Shown piece by piece: positions 38,948 through 50,918 of a stretch of DNA of 64,000 nt. Location: assembly GCF_037042905.1 (NCBI RefSeq), contig NC_087250.1:12340001-12404000 (forward strand), read 5' to 3'. Made by a program: the position numbers and the translations under genes. The number at the start of each line of letters is the position of its first letter. The stretch's first letter is position 1. Origin of the DNA: Lytechinus pictus (taxonomy: Eukaryota). The notes beneath the pieces were generated by a model. The model worked only from the letters and a program-made list of their open reading frames with translations. It was not told where the DNA came from and did not search any database.

Positions 38948-39500
38948 TGGGTCCCGTCATACAAAGAGTTACGATTGATCCGATCAACCTCAACTATGGA
39001 AAGCCAGCCACGTCAACATTCAAATGCATGTTTGTTCAAAATATTTTGTAGATCTGGGCCCCGTCTTACAAAGAGTTTCGATTGATCCAATCAATCGTAA
39101 ATCTATGGAAATCCATCAGTATCATAATTTTTTCTACAGGAAAACAGCAGAAATACACCAAAATGTCCTTTGTAAACAAAAGAGATCAGACCAAATTTTC
39201 AAGAAATCAATGAATTCATGGATATACATTTATATCTAGATTTTTTTAAAACTAAACATGAATTTTATATTTGACTTTGCTGGCTTTCCATAGTTGCGAG
39301 TGATTGGATCAATCGCAACTCTTTGTAAGATGGGGCCCTGATGTATGTTCATACATTTATTTTTTGTTAAGTTCAGTGTGCTTCTCTTTGCTTACAAGGG
39401 GCATTATGCAAACTTCACGTAGAAAAAAACATGACATTGATGGATTTCCATATAGCTAAGGTTGATTGGATCAATCGTAACTCTTTGTAAGACCGGGCTT
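38948..39500. mobile_element. MITE containing an inverted copy of its own family (39055-39340)
   Basis: Outer halves match the uninterrupted copy at 26697-26960; the inner copy has its own TIRs and reversed internal sequence. Confidence 0.8.
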
Positions 39501-39683
39501 GGCATGTTTTATTTTATTTTTTTTTTTTTTTTTAGCTGTTCGTACTGTAAGAAAAAAAAACATTTGGTAACATTTTTACCAGTACGAGGGTAATTATGTG
39601 TTCAACCAATTTGGGGCAATATTTTACCCATATTGTCCAGTAAGGTTAAAAAATAAGCAGCAATTTTATTAAGAATGTGCAAA

Positions 39684-39942
39684 ATTTTCATCACACTGAA
39701 TAACTAAAAATGCCCCCAAAGAATTGCCTAATATTGGTCGGACACATAATTATACCATGGACCTATTACGAATGGACATTCAACGAGAGCATTTTATGAC
39801 CACCACCTGTTTCGAAACAGGTGGTGGTCATAAAATGCTCTCATTGAATGTCCATTCGTAATAGGTCCATGGTATAATTATGTGTCCGACCAATATTAGG
39901 CAATTCTTTGGGGCATTTTTAGTTATTCAGTGTGATGAAAAT
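39684..39942. repeat. 259-bp near-perfect spacerless palindrome
   Basis: Centre cctgtttc|gaaacagg at 39813/39814; arms of 130 and 129 bp differ by one substitution and one 1-bp indel. Confidence 0.95.
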
Positions 39943-40728
39943 CCAGCTGTCAAAATTGCTGTCTAACCCTTAACTTTCTCTTTACGCGGTTTTTACGACG
40001 ACCGCCCGGGGCGATTGTTTACACAAGCTCCTTTCGGCCGATGATCGTCACCGATCGATCACTGGCCCTCTTTCGACCAAAGACGGTCATGTTGTAGCCC
40101 CGATTGCCAATAGGGAAAGTCCCTACATTACCTAGAATGCAATGCGCAATTCATATCCGGTTTTTCAGTACATTATTTTAGGCTGTCTATAATGTGCGAT
40201 TGTCGTCTGTCCATCAAAAAAAAATCCCGTTAAATTTCATCAATCCTGTGGAATTTTATGCCCAAATGAAAATCAACTTCTGACCGAAGGTAAGCGCTAC
40301 TATCGACATCAATACTGTCCGAAAAAGATGAAATTTTAACGTTTTTCCGCAGATTTTTTCGTCAAATTTCAACTGCTTTTTTGCCGTAGATATATGGATC
40401 TGCAAGGTGATGTCAATGCATTTCATTTCCGGTTGTTAGCGATGTACGTAAAAAATACGTTTATGCACGCCTGTTTTCTTGTTTCTGCTATCATTTTCAT
40501 AGCGCTAACGTTCGCTGATGTGCGTTGCTTTTGATAAAGTGAACGAACAACATCGCAATGGGTAGGAGCAGCGTACAATTGATTTCCGCTGTCCATCAGT
40601 GAGAGCGTGTTTTACGACCGGCTTGATGGGTGTCAGCTGCCAGCGCTCTGTTTATAAAAGGATTAGCGGCGACGGTCTTTGGGTCAAAGGAGGGGATTCG
40701 TTGAATGTCCATTCGTAATAGGTCCATG
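39756..40728. mobile_element. Non-autonomous P-element-like transposon, 31-bp perfect TIRs, 7-bp TSD
   Basis: TIR catggacctattacgaatggacattcaacga at both ends; TSD attatac at 39749-39755 and 40729-40735; CAT...ATG termini. Confidence 0.85.
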
Positions 40729-40930
40729 ATTATACCCACGTGGAGCACTTTTACCCAATATTTTTGTGTTTTGAGTGGCATGGACCTGGGAACGATTTTA
40801 ACAGGGTTGCTGGTTAAAACTTAAGAAGCAACCAAGCAAGCAAAACAAGTAGTGGCCCAGTGGATTGGTCTCCGAACTTTGAAACAGAGGGACGTGGGTT
40901 CAAATCTATATCAAATATATATATATATAT

Positions 40931-41751
40931 GAAGAGTTTAGTTGCAAAAGGGGTTAGGTCCACTTTGGACCATTCCGAGAAAAAACACGTTTTTTATTTT
41001 CCCTTATTGCAATATTCTTATGAGAAACTAAATTGTCATGATGTACTACCCTATCATCTGAACATACAATTGGGTACAAAAGAAATCTACCTGTCTTCAT
41101 TTTTTTCTATATGTTTTAAAAAAAAATTATCATTGTGGACCTAACCCCTTTTGCAAGTAAACTGAAATGAATCCAATCTCTTTTGATTAAAAAAGTGATT
41201 TTTCTTTGCCACTTTCATTCACGTTTTCATTTGAATTTCAAATTTTCTTTGGTATCATCAAAGTGACTTAAAATTTAGAGGTTTAGAGACAGAAAACAAT
41301 AAAATTCATGAAAAATGGACCTAACCCCTTTTGACAAATGAGTTTTTCAGAAGAATTTAGTTGCAAAAGGGGTTAGGTCCACTCCAAGAAAATCCATTTT
41401 TTTATTCTCTCATATTGCAATATTCTTATGCGAAATTGAATTTTCATGATGCCCTACCATGAAAACATAAAATTGGGTATAAAAGAAATCTACCTGTCTT
41501 CATTTATTTTAAGATATTCTTTTCCAAAAAAATTATGTGTGGACCTAACCCCTTTTGCAACTAAACTGAAATGGACCTAACCCCTTTTGAAAAAAAAGTG
41601 AATTTTCTTTGCCATTTTAGTTCACTTTTTAATAGGAATTTCAACTTTTCTTTGGTATCATCTTATAGAGCTACTGAAAATCTATACATTGAGACATAAA
41701 AATCAAATTTGATAAAAAATGGACCTTACCCCTTTTGCAAGTGAGCTCTTC
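40931..41751. mobile_element. Tandem dimer of a ~410-bp TIR element in an AT microsatellite
   Basis: atat-gaagagtttagttgcaaaaggggttaggtcc ... ggaccttaccccttttgcaagtgagctcttc-atat; the second unit starts at ~41350; internal ggacctaacccctttt repeats. Confidence 0.75.
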
Positions 41752-41790
<39 letters not shown>

Positions 41791-42411
41791 TGTGTATAAA
41801 AGAACAATGGAAAACTCAATAGTGCCCCCACCTTTGAGGAGAGATTTCAGCACCCCCACTAAAAAAATCGTTCCCAGGTCCCTGAGTAAAAACGCTTTTA
41901 AGATTTTATACAACGCTGCTTACTATATATGAACCTCACAGTATTTGTTTAATCGTTTGAACAATCATGTTTAATTTATTGAAGATTAAATATTGAAAAT
42001 TAAACTTTGTTGCTTAAGATTAAACACTTGTTTAAACAATTACTGTAAGGTTCAAATAGTAAACAGCGTTGTATAAATTTTTTTACTGTGTATAACACAA
42101 AGGGAAGTACAGGCAATAAAAAAAGTCCAGATTACTTCTTTTTTTTAGAGCAAAGTACAGGATAACTGTTAAAATATTAATTACAAATAAACAATATGAC
42201 AGGAAAATGTACATATACCTTTATCAAGAAAGACTGACTGTCATACCAATGCACTTATCGAAATGAGCAAGGCACACAACACTGAAACTTATACATCAAG
42301 ATTCCTATAAATTGCTAAAGACTCATTTCGGAAAAAAGGGTAGTTTTACTTTGTACATGTATATAACACTTGCAAGACGAAATGCAGAAAGCTAGCGACA
42401 ATATTGGAATT

Positions 42412-45400
42412 TCAGACAAGCCACTCTCCAATAAACGCATCCCACATTTCATTAGTCTCGTTGACAGCCTTTTGATGGGTGCTGTAATCCAGGCAGTCCG
42501 CGTGGAACACAGATACCCCGCGTAGCTGCTTTTCTTTGGCCATCTGAACGCGTAGAGCGAGACTAGTTGCGTTGTCGTACCACACTTGATGCGTTTGCCC
42601 GGTTTCAGTATCCTGAATGTTCGAAGAGAAATGATGATAACAATGATATTGCTGACAAAAGTGATAATGAAAATGGAAATGCTAATCATGATGGTCATGT
42701 TGGTAACACTAATTTATTGAGGATATTAATTATTATAGTGATAAAAATAATCACCACCACATTGAATTTCGTCACCAGCATCATATTAATGATAAGGAAT
42801 GATAACAATAACGATTATGAAAATGATAATGATGAAAGTACAGCCTATTTCCCAACCCTATAAATGGTCACAAAAAGTCACTTCAATATATTTATCTAAA
42901 CACATTCCTGCACCTTTGCCTAATTATGTATCTAATAGCTGGCCCATGTTAGTGTTACAGTCGCTAAATTAATTACAAACTTGGCACTGACTTAAAATAC
43001 AAAACGATTTTTCGGGTTTTTTTTCTCGGTTTGCCCGATCGAAAATTGCAGATTTTTTAATATATTTATTTCAAACTCACAATCAATTCCTTTACGTTTC
43101 CCCGCAGGCGATATGGCGCGATTAATTGAGATTGGCAGGAAGTCAACGGGGGGGGGGGGGGGGGGGGGGGATAATTTTGTTTCCAACGTTTGAATTTAAA
43201 GAAGCATATTGCCTTGTTATAGTAATGGTGATGGTTGGGGCCTTCAGCGCGTTTATTTTCCCCTATGTTTAAATCCAGGGTTACACCAAAACCGAGTTCT
43301 CCCGAATAAATTTGGACGATTCTAGCCAAATTCGGCCTAATTCGGATGGTTTCTGTGGATTCGAATATTCCCTAATCCTTATTTTTTCATTTTCTCGCAT
43401 TCGCGGAAGGAGAACAGAATAACCCCGAAACCACCCGAATACGTGTTTTCGGATGAATTCGCAGCTGATTCGGTTCCGGCGTAACTAGGCCTTAAAGGGG
43501 AAATGAAGCGTGTGTGGTCTGTTATTGACTGGGTGTTAGTCTCAAAATATTCGTTTTCAGATCTATAAATACTACAGAGAATAGATTGACCTATAATTGT
43601 ATTTGTATTGAGAAACTAACATGTTTTGAGAGGAAAAGTAATTCTTTTGCTACTTGGTAACATAATTATTGCAGTATAATGTATTGAGTAGTTAATTAGC
43701 ATGTTATCATTCAAGTGGGTCTTACTAGACTACACTAGCATTTTGGGTCAGGAAACTGGCCAGGTATGAGTAGTTGAGGACTCGAGATGGCGCTATTGGT
43801 TCGTATCTGCTTTAAAAGAGGAATATTACCTTGTAATCAAAGTAAGGTGATTCGTAAGAGTCACTCCACTTTGCACCTGTTGTCGACTTATCCAGGAGTT
43901 TCATGATATCTCCAAAACCTTTTTGATACTGTACAGAAAGCCTCTTGTACATGCATACATCACCCTGGTTAAACATGAACGATGGGGAAAATATTAATTG
44001 TTTATCGATGATTACGATTACGATATGATTATGATTATTACCCGATTCTCAAATAAGCAAACTGCAGAGAGTTAATAAAAAAAGTGCACGTTTGATATGT
44101 CGTCTCCCCAAAGTCTCTCCAGTCACCTCATTATTGAGAGAATTACACTGGTTACCTGTCCGGCAAAGAACCACATTTAAGATCCTAATGATAGTCTTTA
44201 AAGGTCTTAATGATCAGGCCCCAAGTTATATCTCAGATCTCTTGAAATCCCGATCTCATGACCATCACCCACGTAGATCACAAGATACAGTAACACTGCA
44301 CATGCTGCAAGTACCCCCATACAAGACTAAAGCAACACTAGGAGATAGATTATTTCTGATGTCAGCCCCACGACTATGGAACAATTAAACTTCCCCTCGA
44401 CAGTAGGAATATGAAAAAAATACGTAATTTCAAGTTAAAATTAAAAACCCATCTATTCCAATAGTATGTACAGCACCTAGGAAGCTCTTGCAGCGCAATT
44501 GAATATATATAGAAATAGTTTTTGCGCTATATAAATGCATATTATTATTATTATTATTATGATATGATAATTCGTGATTAAAGATCGTGGACATTAGGAC
44601 CTCATATGAACCCCATGCATTCAAGTTGTGCAATGGTTTTGGGCCATAAATTTATTGATTTGAAGGATTTTAAATACTAAAATTTTCAAATTTTCATCAA
44701 AATCAAAATAATGAAAAGTAAAAAAAAAAAAAAATTGTCTTCAAAAAGCAAAACATAGAAAATTTACTTATCTGAAAGGGTATAATATTATTCTTCTTCA
44801 CACTGTCGAAGTTCGAAGTTATAAAGTTGATTAAAATACAGGATAGAAGAGCTACTTATACACCATTTTTGCGGACTCCTCGAAAGTTTCAACGAGATCG
44901 CATATTTTAAACGTATCATGCCAGAGTGTACCCTTGTTTTTACCTCTCAAGCTCTCGCAGAATTTCTTAAGGTTTTAAAAATTACTTGCGAGGGTTATCG
45001 ATGATCGATTTCAACAAGTTATATATATATATATCATTTTAAAGCTTACAATGAGTTCTTTCAAACTTAGTGGCAATATAAAAATCATTTTGGGCGTTTT
45101 ACTGCTGGTTTTGGAGTCACTGGCCACATTTTACAGTTCTATTTTTGTTTGAGCTTAGGTCATACTTTACCTCTTTCATCGTTGAACATGGAAAGTCATA
45201 GCCGTACCAAGGTACAATAAGAACAAGCTTGCTCGAGGGAACACCGATCTGGATGAAATCATCAACACCTGTCATGTATAACAATGATAATGGACATAAC
45301 CACTCGGTGATATACTCGGTGTTAAGCGTTGGGGGTTCGTAAAATACTAAAATCCTCATTTATCCTGAGTAGGGTGAGGGGCTGATACATTGTCTCGGTT

Positions 45401-47616
45401 AAATCATGGACCTATAGGTCCATGGTTAAATCCATTCAGTGTTTGGGAATGTATCAATATCACTTATATTACTTTTATATACAGAAACCCGGTATGAAGA
45501 TTTAGAAAAAGGTTCGTGGACCCTGAGTTGGTGTCATGACATTTTCTCCGGTTTTAAAATCTCAGAGGGCACAGATCTAGAGTAAGGATTGGAATATAAT
45601 TTTTGGTTCAGAATAATATAAAGATTAAGATAAGGGTTTATTTAGTTTCGGAGGTTAGGTTTTATGCTTGGCTTAACGTGCAGATTTTCCATTCGAGCAA
45701 TTGTCGCCGGAGCGAATGTCATGGAACAAAACTATCCATATTTACGTTTTAAAAAAACATGAGAGACTGAGTTAAGACCCCCCCCCCCTACCCCCACCTA
45801 CGTCTACTCTGCGTCCCCTGTTACGATCTGCGGAGGGGCATCGTATGATATTCGCAGGGCGTCTGTACATCTTTGTTTCGAATTGGCCCACTTTCCATTA
45901 AATCCATCTCTGTGTAACTACAATGACACAGGTTATTCCATCTTGATGATTATGATGATGATGATCCACAGCATTTTCTTGAGCAATATTTATGTTTAAA
46001 ACATTCATATGCGCAGGTTCATCATCATCATCATCATCATCGTCAGCATGATCATCATTATCATCATCACCTCACCATCAACATCCTCGTCATCATCACT
46101 ATCGTGATGATGATGATGATGATGTGGTGGTGATGATGATGACGGTGATGATGATGATGATGGTAATGATGGTGACGATGATTATCATCCTCATCACCAT
46201 CGCCATCATGCTCACCACCATCAACATCATCACCTTCATCATCATCATCATCATCATCATTGCCATTATCATCGTCATCATTATCACCATTATTATCATC
46301 ATCATTCCCATCGCCATCATCATCATCACCATCATTTCATCTTACCTCTGATTGTCTTGTTGAATGGTGCATTGGCCATCGCCCTGCCATCGAAGTCCAG
46401 TTCATCATAGGCCATGATCATGATATAATCCAAGATCTCGCCGATGGCATGGAAGTCGTAACACCGCTTGAAAATTGTGCAGTCCGGTGTGTACGGGGAA
46501 TCTAGCGTCACCTTCGAGGAGGGGGGGTTGTGAAAATAAATGTATGGCCTGTACATTAGTAAAATTGTGCCGAGGTGATCGACTGGAACGTGGCTTCTTA
46601 TACAAGGATCGTTATCATGGTTATGATACGATCATATATTGTAGTCTTAATTACGCTTTCGGTATATTAAACCATTCAAATTAAACGGCGTGTATGCTTT
46701 ATATGCAACCTGGTTTACGTAGCAAGTAAAGAGAGTTGACAAAAATATATTAAAAGGTAAACAACAATGTTAAACCTTCGAATATTATCATTGGAATTTT
46801 AAACATTTATTTCTTTTTATTTAAACTATCCCTTATTAATAACGTAAGCCAAGATGTATATGCCATTATAATTGTGTAACTGAGAATTTAATCTAAAACG
46901 TTTGATAAGTCAAATTAATAAAAATTAATAGTGCTTATTTTCAATTTTCAATTGGACTTATTTGTTTTTCAAACAATTCTGAACCCCCTGCCTCTTTCTT
47001 CGCAATGTATGTTTGTTTTTCATCACCTCTTTTAAACCCTCATCCACCCACACACACACCCTCACACCTACGCATTTTCACCATTCTATCTCCATTTATT
47101 GCCTTATTTGTATATAATCAATTGTATTATTGGTAAATTTATTAAAGAAAAATAACCATGCTTAAAAATCAAAGCATAAATACGATTAATATTACTGCGT
47201 GATTTTACCAAAATAAATAATTTCAATATGTTTTGGGAAATGATCAGAGACTGACCTGCGAGTATGGCATGGCCTTCGTAAAAGCATCCTTTATTTGTTT
47301 GACCATCTCAGTGAGAACACCTGCCTGTGACTTGTCTAATGGTTGTTCAAAATCGATGTTAAATCCATCGGTAAAGTTACCAATAGCCGAGTCCACCGTT
47401 TGCTCAATCCAGGCGATGCGGGCGCTCTCGTTGAATAGGGTATCCAAAGAAAATGTTCCTAAAATGAACATATGAAATAGTTCTTGTAAATTCCTTTTGA
47501 CTATGATATTGGACGCTCATGATTTTTCATCCCTTATAAACGCTATTGGAAATGTCATAATGTCCCACAGTATGTTTCACCATGTCCACATTGTGTGTTA
47601 ACAGTGTGGCATCCTA

Positions 47617-47672
<56 letters not shown>

Positions 47673-50218
47673 TGACTATGGAGTACCCCAAGGATCTGTT
47701 TGTGGGCCTATATGTTTTATTTTGTTCAAGTATCTGCAATATCTTCAAACCGTCAGTGTATTTACGCACTGGCATTCAGAACCCCAGCAGCACACTGAAT
47801 AACACTGATATTTTGTGTCCGTTGTGGTCTAGTGGTTCTGACTCTCGCCTTTGAAACAGAGGGTCGTGGGTTCGAATTCCAGCCATGGCGTGTTTTCCTT
47901 CAGCAAGAAATTTATCCACACTGTGCTGCACTCGACCCAGGTGAGGTGAATGGGTACCCGGCAAGAGTAATTCCTTGCATGCACTGAGCGCCGGTGAAGG
48001 TAGCTCGAGCTAAAGCCGGGGTAATAATAGCAGCGCTTTGTATCCTATGGCAAAAAGCGCTTTATAAATCCAGCTAGTATTATTATTATCATTATTATTA
48101 TTAAAACTTGGAATGCTGAAACAGACACTTTGCTGACAAATTAACTCACCCATCATAACGATCCTGACTCCTTTAGAGTGAGCATGGCACAGTATCTGCG
48201 GATCAAATCCCTCCCTCACAATCACGGCTGTCATATTGTCCCAGAAATAATGTTTCCAGTACGCCCCACTTCCTGAAAACGCCACCACCTGTGAAAGAAT
48301 GATCGTTGATGGCAATAATGAAAAAAAAAATGATGTTAAAAGTGGTCATCCCGACATTCCTAATTATGATTATGGTGATTATATCACCATCATTTAATTC
48401 ATAATAATTTTTCATGATTAAAGTGCAAGTTTTTGGTTATCGATCTCTACTCCTGTTTATTTGCTAAACAAATTATTGCTGAGTTAGAGAGAAGATTGTA
48501 TATGTAATGTATTTTCATTTAATTTACAATGTATATTCTTGTTATTCTTCTATTTACGCATCCGAACTCTGTAGAATTGCATTCACGTCCTTACGATAAC
48601 ACTTCTAAATTAGTAACTTTATAAGCATTGTGTAGGTCTACGACTATGTGTAGACAATAATTGGCATTCCTGATTATTATTTAAAAAAAATTACTGCATA
48701 ATTGCCTCCCCCAACTAAATAAATAATCAATAATAAATAGATTAATTAAACAACATAAAAAAGGTATTATATATTCAACTGCCCATGACCATAATGCAAA
48801 GTTAAGGTTTTACAATCGATTTTGTGATTATTTGTAAAAAAACAAAAAACAAAGTTGGAATAAATAAATGTGTATACAAGCCTGCATGGCTGGCATATAG
48901 TATGCTGCAAATTTACACTACACGTTTACTACACTTCAAGGTCGGACGCATCCGAGAAAGAATAACTTTAAAGGTCTCCGTCGGCTATGAGGGAGGTGCA
49001 ACAAAAGTAGAGTCAGAAATATACTTCCTTCTCACTACGGAAACAGTGAGCAATTCTCATACTACATTTAATTAAGGCAGGGGCGAATCCATGATTTTTT
49101 TTTAAAGGAGGGGGGTGGCACATTTTTCCGAGGAAAAATTTGAGAAGCAAAAAAAAAAAAAAAAAAAAAAAAACAGGGGGTTTAACAAAAAAATAAGGGT
49201 ATACTTTGTCCACGAAAAGATTTGGCAAGTATATAAGAACAAAAAACACAAAAAAGGTCTTCACTTTCTAAGGGGAGAGGGGCACCCTTCTATTTTATAG
49301 GCATTTTTACATCACAAATCTTAATTGTGCCTATCCGCCAGTGCCTGGTACGTGGAGATGGGTGTAAGGTCTCCATAAAGTTCATCTTCTGTTTTGAGAT
49401 CTGAATATTTTGTAACCTTAAAATTCGAGTTTATGTGCCATCTGGGATCTTGCCTATCTTTTAGGGCCTAGCCTCCTTGACTGTCCATGTTTCTTGACAT
49501 TCACTTTCTACACCTGCCGTAAACAGGGAGAGTTTTGCGGACAGAGAAATATTTTAGTGATTCCCAAATCAAATGCAGCTTATTACATGAATTCCATGCA
49601 AGAGCTTTCCTACATGTAGATAGAAAGTCTTTCACTGAGTTACATACTGCATGTATGAACCTAAATACTTATAATCATCCACTTCTTTAATAATAATAAT
49701 ATAGAGTATTTCTAAAGCGCCAAATCGACATTGATTATGTGCTCAAGGCGCTGAAATATACTTGATATATTACTATTACCCCGGCTGTATAGCTGAGCGG
49801 CCATATAGGCGCTAGAGCATTCAAGGAATAAATCCTACCGGGTACCCATTCACATCACCTGGGTCGAGTGCAGCACAATGTGGATAAATTTCTTGCCGAA
49901 GGAAATTACGCCATGGCTGGGATTCGAACCCACGACCCTCTGTTTCAAAGTCCGAAGACTAATCCACTGGGCCACAACGCTCCACAATAGCCACTTCCCT
50001 TGTCAATATATTTTAGAAATCTGTGCAATACCAACCTCCTTCATCGCCGTGGTTCGAATCGGCTCACACAACGTGTGATTGGAACAAGGACATGATGTCG
50101 GGCGAAGAACCTTTCCGCAGGCAAAACACAGCAATCCAGTCATCAAAAACGTGAAAATAACCAGTAGATAAAGCTGCAATACTTTGGACGCCATTTTCGT
50201 AAGAATGGCTGTGATCAT
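42412..50218 (-). CDS. CTBS: Di-N-acetylchitobiase-like glycoside hydrolase family 18, 374 aa, 7 coding exons
   Basis: Exons 50218-50036, 48288-48150, 47458-47256, 46511-46346, 45268-45171, 43964-43830, 42612-42412. GT-AG introns, consistent phases, 1125 nt. Signal peptide, CPCSNHTLCEPI, LCHAHSKGVRIV, catalytic DGFNIDFE, IMAYDE, VPWYGYDFPC, HQVWYDN, CLDYS and EMWDA match chitobiase. May be a divergent paralog. Confidence 0.9.
44040..44560 (+). mobile_element. L2-type LINE 3' fragment
   Basis: SARLICRLPKVSPVTSLLRELHWLPVRQRTTFKIL...APSYISDLL...APRLWN; tail gcgctatataaatgcat(att)n. Antisense within CTBS intron 5. Confidence 0.85.
45398..45431. mobile_element. P-like excision footprint of the CATGGACCTA family
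   Basis: gttaaat + catggacctataggtccatg + gttaaat. Confidence 0.75.
46019..46335. repeat. (CAT)n/(GAT)n microsatellite with an internally inverted block
   Basis: CAT run, then GAT run (~46105-46180), then CAT run, ending about 10 bp from the CTBS exon 4 donor. Confidence 0.9.
47619..47672. repeat. (TA)n microsatellite
   Basis: Nearly pure AT dinucleotide run. Confidence 0.95.
47817..48102 (+). mobile_element. tRNA-derived SINE, near full length
   Basis: Very similar to 28560-28840, including the (att)n tail. Confidence 0.9.
49688..49983 (-). mobile_element. tRNA-derived SINE
   Basis: Reverse complement ggagcgttgtggcccagtgg...ggttcgaatcccagccatggcg...tgctgcactcgacccaggtg. Confidence 0.9.
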
Positions 50219-50533
50219 GAGTTCCGTCTCGAAGTCGTGCAGTCATGTGAGATATATATAGACCCACATATTTACATATATCGCGACCTTGCACTTTAAT
50301 ATTATCATGATTATAGGCCTATTGTTTATATTTATGATAGGCACATCATGACCCGGGAGTGCATGGTCCATTATCTTTTAATGCATTAGGGGGGGTCTTA
50401 GAGAGAGAGAGAGAGATAGATAGAGGGAGGGAGAGAGAGGAGGTGGTGGGGAGGACTAGCTGAGAGGAAAGGAGGGAGGGAGCGAGGGAGAAAGAGGTGA
50501 GAAGGGGAATAACTTACTTTTGAGATATACAGG

Positions 50534-50714
50534 CAGTGGCGTGTACCTAGGATTTTCCACAGGGGGGGGGGCAAATTCGTCCGCCAAAAAATTTGACAAG
50601 CAAAAAAAAAAGGTTTTCAAGACTCGTCAGGGGGGCAGGGATATGTCCCTTGTGTGGGTTGTGACTCGTCAGGGGGGGGGTCAGTCTGCCCCCCCCCCCG
50701 TAGGTACGCTAGTG
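50534..50714. mobile_element. hAT-like MITE with 8-bp TSD, upstream of CTBS
   Basis: cagtggcgtgtacctag...taggtacgctagtg flanked by tatacagg on both sides. Confidence 0.85.
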
Positions 50715-50884
50715 TATACAGGGCAACCGAAAAGAAACCAAAAAATGTAAAGAACGGAACAAAAAAGAAAGACCACAAAGAAAATTGAAATTAAAAGAAG
50801 TGGCTTGTTTGGACGTAAACAGAATACCCCTTAAGATTTTAATCACATTTTAGATATTGTTCTGTAGTAATGATAGCTCAGTTG

Positions 50885-50918
50885 GTGAAACAATAAGTAT
50901 ATAGGTCCATGGTGAAAC
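50885..50918. mobile_element. Asymmetric P-like excision footprint
   Basis: gtgaaac + aataagtat-ataggtccatg + gtgaaac; the right TIR remnant matches the 39756 element. Confidence 0.65.

Noticed and set aside
31779..42411. Possible G-protein gamma gene between DNAJC25 and CTBS
   Set aside because: No recognisable G-gamma exon or NPF...CaaX terminus seen by eye; a tblastn search would be needed to exclude it.
46099..46351. Met/Ile-rich ORFs
   Set aside because: Products of the CAT/GAT microsatellite.
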